From assembly GCA_048500675.1 (NCBI GenBank), contig DBFSAO010000141.1, positions 3,782 through 67,781 of the forward strand: a DNA stretch of 64,000 nt, in the 5' to 3' direction. The notes under the pieces are model-generated. The model searched no databases and was not told where the DNA came from. It worked only from the letters and a program-made list of their open reading frames with translations. The translations under genes were made by a program, and so were the position numbers. This DNA is from Collinsella sp. (GTDB taxonomy: Bacteria > Actinomycetota > Coriobacteriia > Coriobacteriales > Coriobacteriaceae). Of this stretch, positions 63,197 through 64,000 are shown piece by piece. Each line of letters starts with the position of its first letter. Position 1 is the stretch's first letter.

Positions 63197-64000
63197 CTAC
63201 TTGGCGCGGCCCTCCTCATAGCGCTCCACGAGCTTGGCCTGAACGTCATAAGGCACCTGCTCGTAGCCAGCGGGCTTCATGGTAAAGTCGCCCGTGCCGC
63301 GCGTGATAGAGCGTAGGCGCGTCGAATAATCCGTCAGTTCTGCCAGCGGCGCCTGGGCAATGACCACGGTATCGCCGCGCTCATCGGTCTCCATACCCGT
63401 CACGCGACCGCGCGAGGCCGAGATGTCGCCCATCACGGCGCCGGCGTAGCTCTCGGGAATAGTCACCGTGATTTCCTCGATGGGCTCCAGCACCACCGGG
63501 TCGGCATCGGCACATGCCTTGCGCAGGCCGATGCGAGCCGCCGCGCGGAACGCCATCTCGTTGGAGTCGACGCTGTGATACGAGCCGTCGTACACAGCCA
63601 CGCGAATGCCCGTGAGCGGATAGCCGGCAATAATACCGTCCTTCATGGTCTCCTGGACGCCCTTGTCCACGGCGGGGATGAGCGAGCGCGGGATGCGGCC
63701 ACCCACGACCTCGTCAACAAACTCATAGCCGTCGCTCGTACCGTCGGGCCCAATGAGCGGCTCAACGCGCAGCCAGCAGTCGCCATACTGACCGGCACCG
63801 CCAGTCTGCTTCTTGTGGCGGCCCTGGGCACTCGCCGTGCGGCGAATGGTCTCGCGATACGGGATGCGAATCGGCACGCTTTTGGCCACGACCTTGGTGC
63901 GATCCTCAAGGCGATTGAGCAACACCGAAACCTGCGCCTCGCCCACGGCGGAGATGATGGTCTGGCCGGTCTCCTCGTCGCGGTCGATGCTCATAGTCGG
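63197..64000 (-). CDS. Elongation factor G-like GTPase, C-terminal part (domains III-V; gene continues past window end)
   Basis: YRETIRRTASAQGRHKKQTGGAGQYGDCWLRVEPL and AFRAAARIGLRKA are typical of EF-G domains IV/V. The reading frame is open to the window edge. Confidence 0.75.
   Translation of the reverse strand, partial: PTMSIDRDEETGQTIISAVGEAQVSVLLNRLEDRTKVVAKSVPIRIPYRETIRRTASAQGRHKKQTGGAGQYGDCWLRVEPLIGPDGTSDGYEFVDEVVGGRIPRSLIPAVDKGVQETMKDGIIAGYPLTGIRVAVYDGSYHSVDSNEMAFRAAARIGLRKACADADPVVLEPIEEITVTIPESYAGAVMGDISASRGRVTGMETDERGDTVVIAQAPLAELTDYSTRLRSITRGTGDFTMKPAGYEQVPYDVQAKLVERYEEGRAK

Overview
GC-rich chromosomal window. The gene content and LAxTG-type sorting signals suggest an actinobacterium, possibly a Coriobacteriia-like gut anaerobe; this is inference, since no search was possible. 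I support about 40 protein genes and one tRNA-Ser(UGA).

Coordinates ~6.8-31.3 kb form a cell-surface island. It holds a 1373-aa FG-GAP/FN3 protein with a LANTG anchor, two tandem paralogous coiled-coil LANTG proteins, and a 12-kb gene for a ~4000-aa adhesin built from about 18 pilin-isopeptide-type modules with an MPDTG anchor. A heterodimeric ABC exporter pair and a flavodoxin-like gene interrupt the island.

The rest is housekeeping and accessory metabolism:
- kup, two nitroreductases and an LtaS-like transferase
- a TadA-glycerate kinase fusion, TetR, LemA, ilvE, DedA and cysE
- a MarR plus ABC pair operon and a degenerate bEBP-like regulator next to a YeiH-like gene
- GntR, glmS, two LacI regulators, a HAD hydrolase and a LarE-like gene
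- a PTS(Fru-type)/GatZ-like/Fsa-TalC/split-transketolase operon
- a secreted nuclease and a partial EF-G paralog

I saw no cas, transposase, integrase, reverse transcriptase or recognisable defence genes.

The most unusual content is non-coding:
1. A strictly 62-bp-periodic array of hairpin units fills the whole upstream region of the 1373-aa adhesin gene, with a second partial array on its other side.
2. Several families of long palindromic intergenic elements show compensatory stem changes and a fixed orientation relative to the upstream gene.
3. A low-GC island bracketed by 48-bp direct repeats carries a 9-mer iteron-like cluster and a winged-helix gene fragment.
4. A G9 tract and an inverted-repeat-flanked promoter-like segment lie upstream of the giant adhesin.

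Most long antisense ORFs in the track are GC-driven artefacts.
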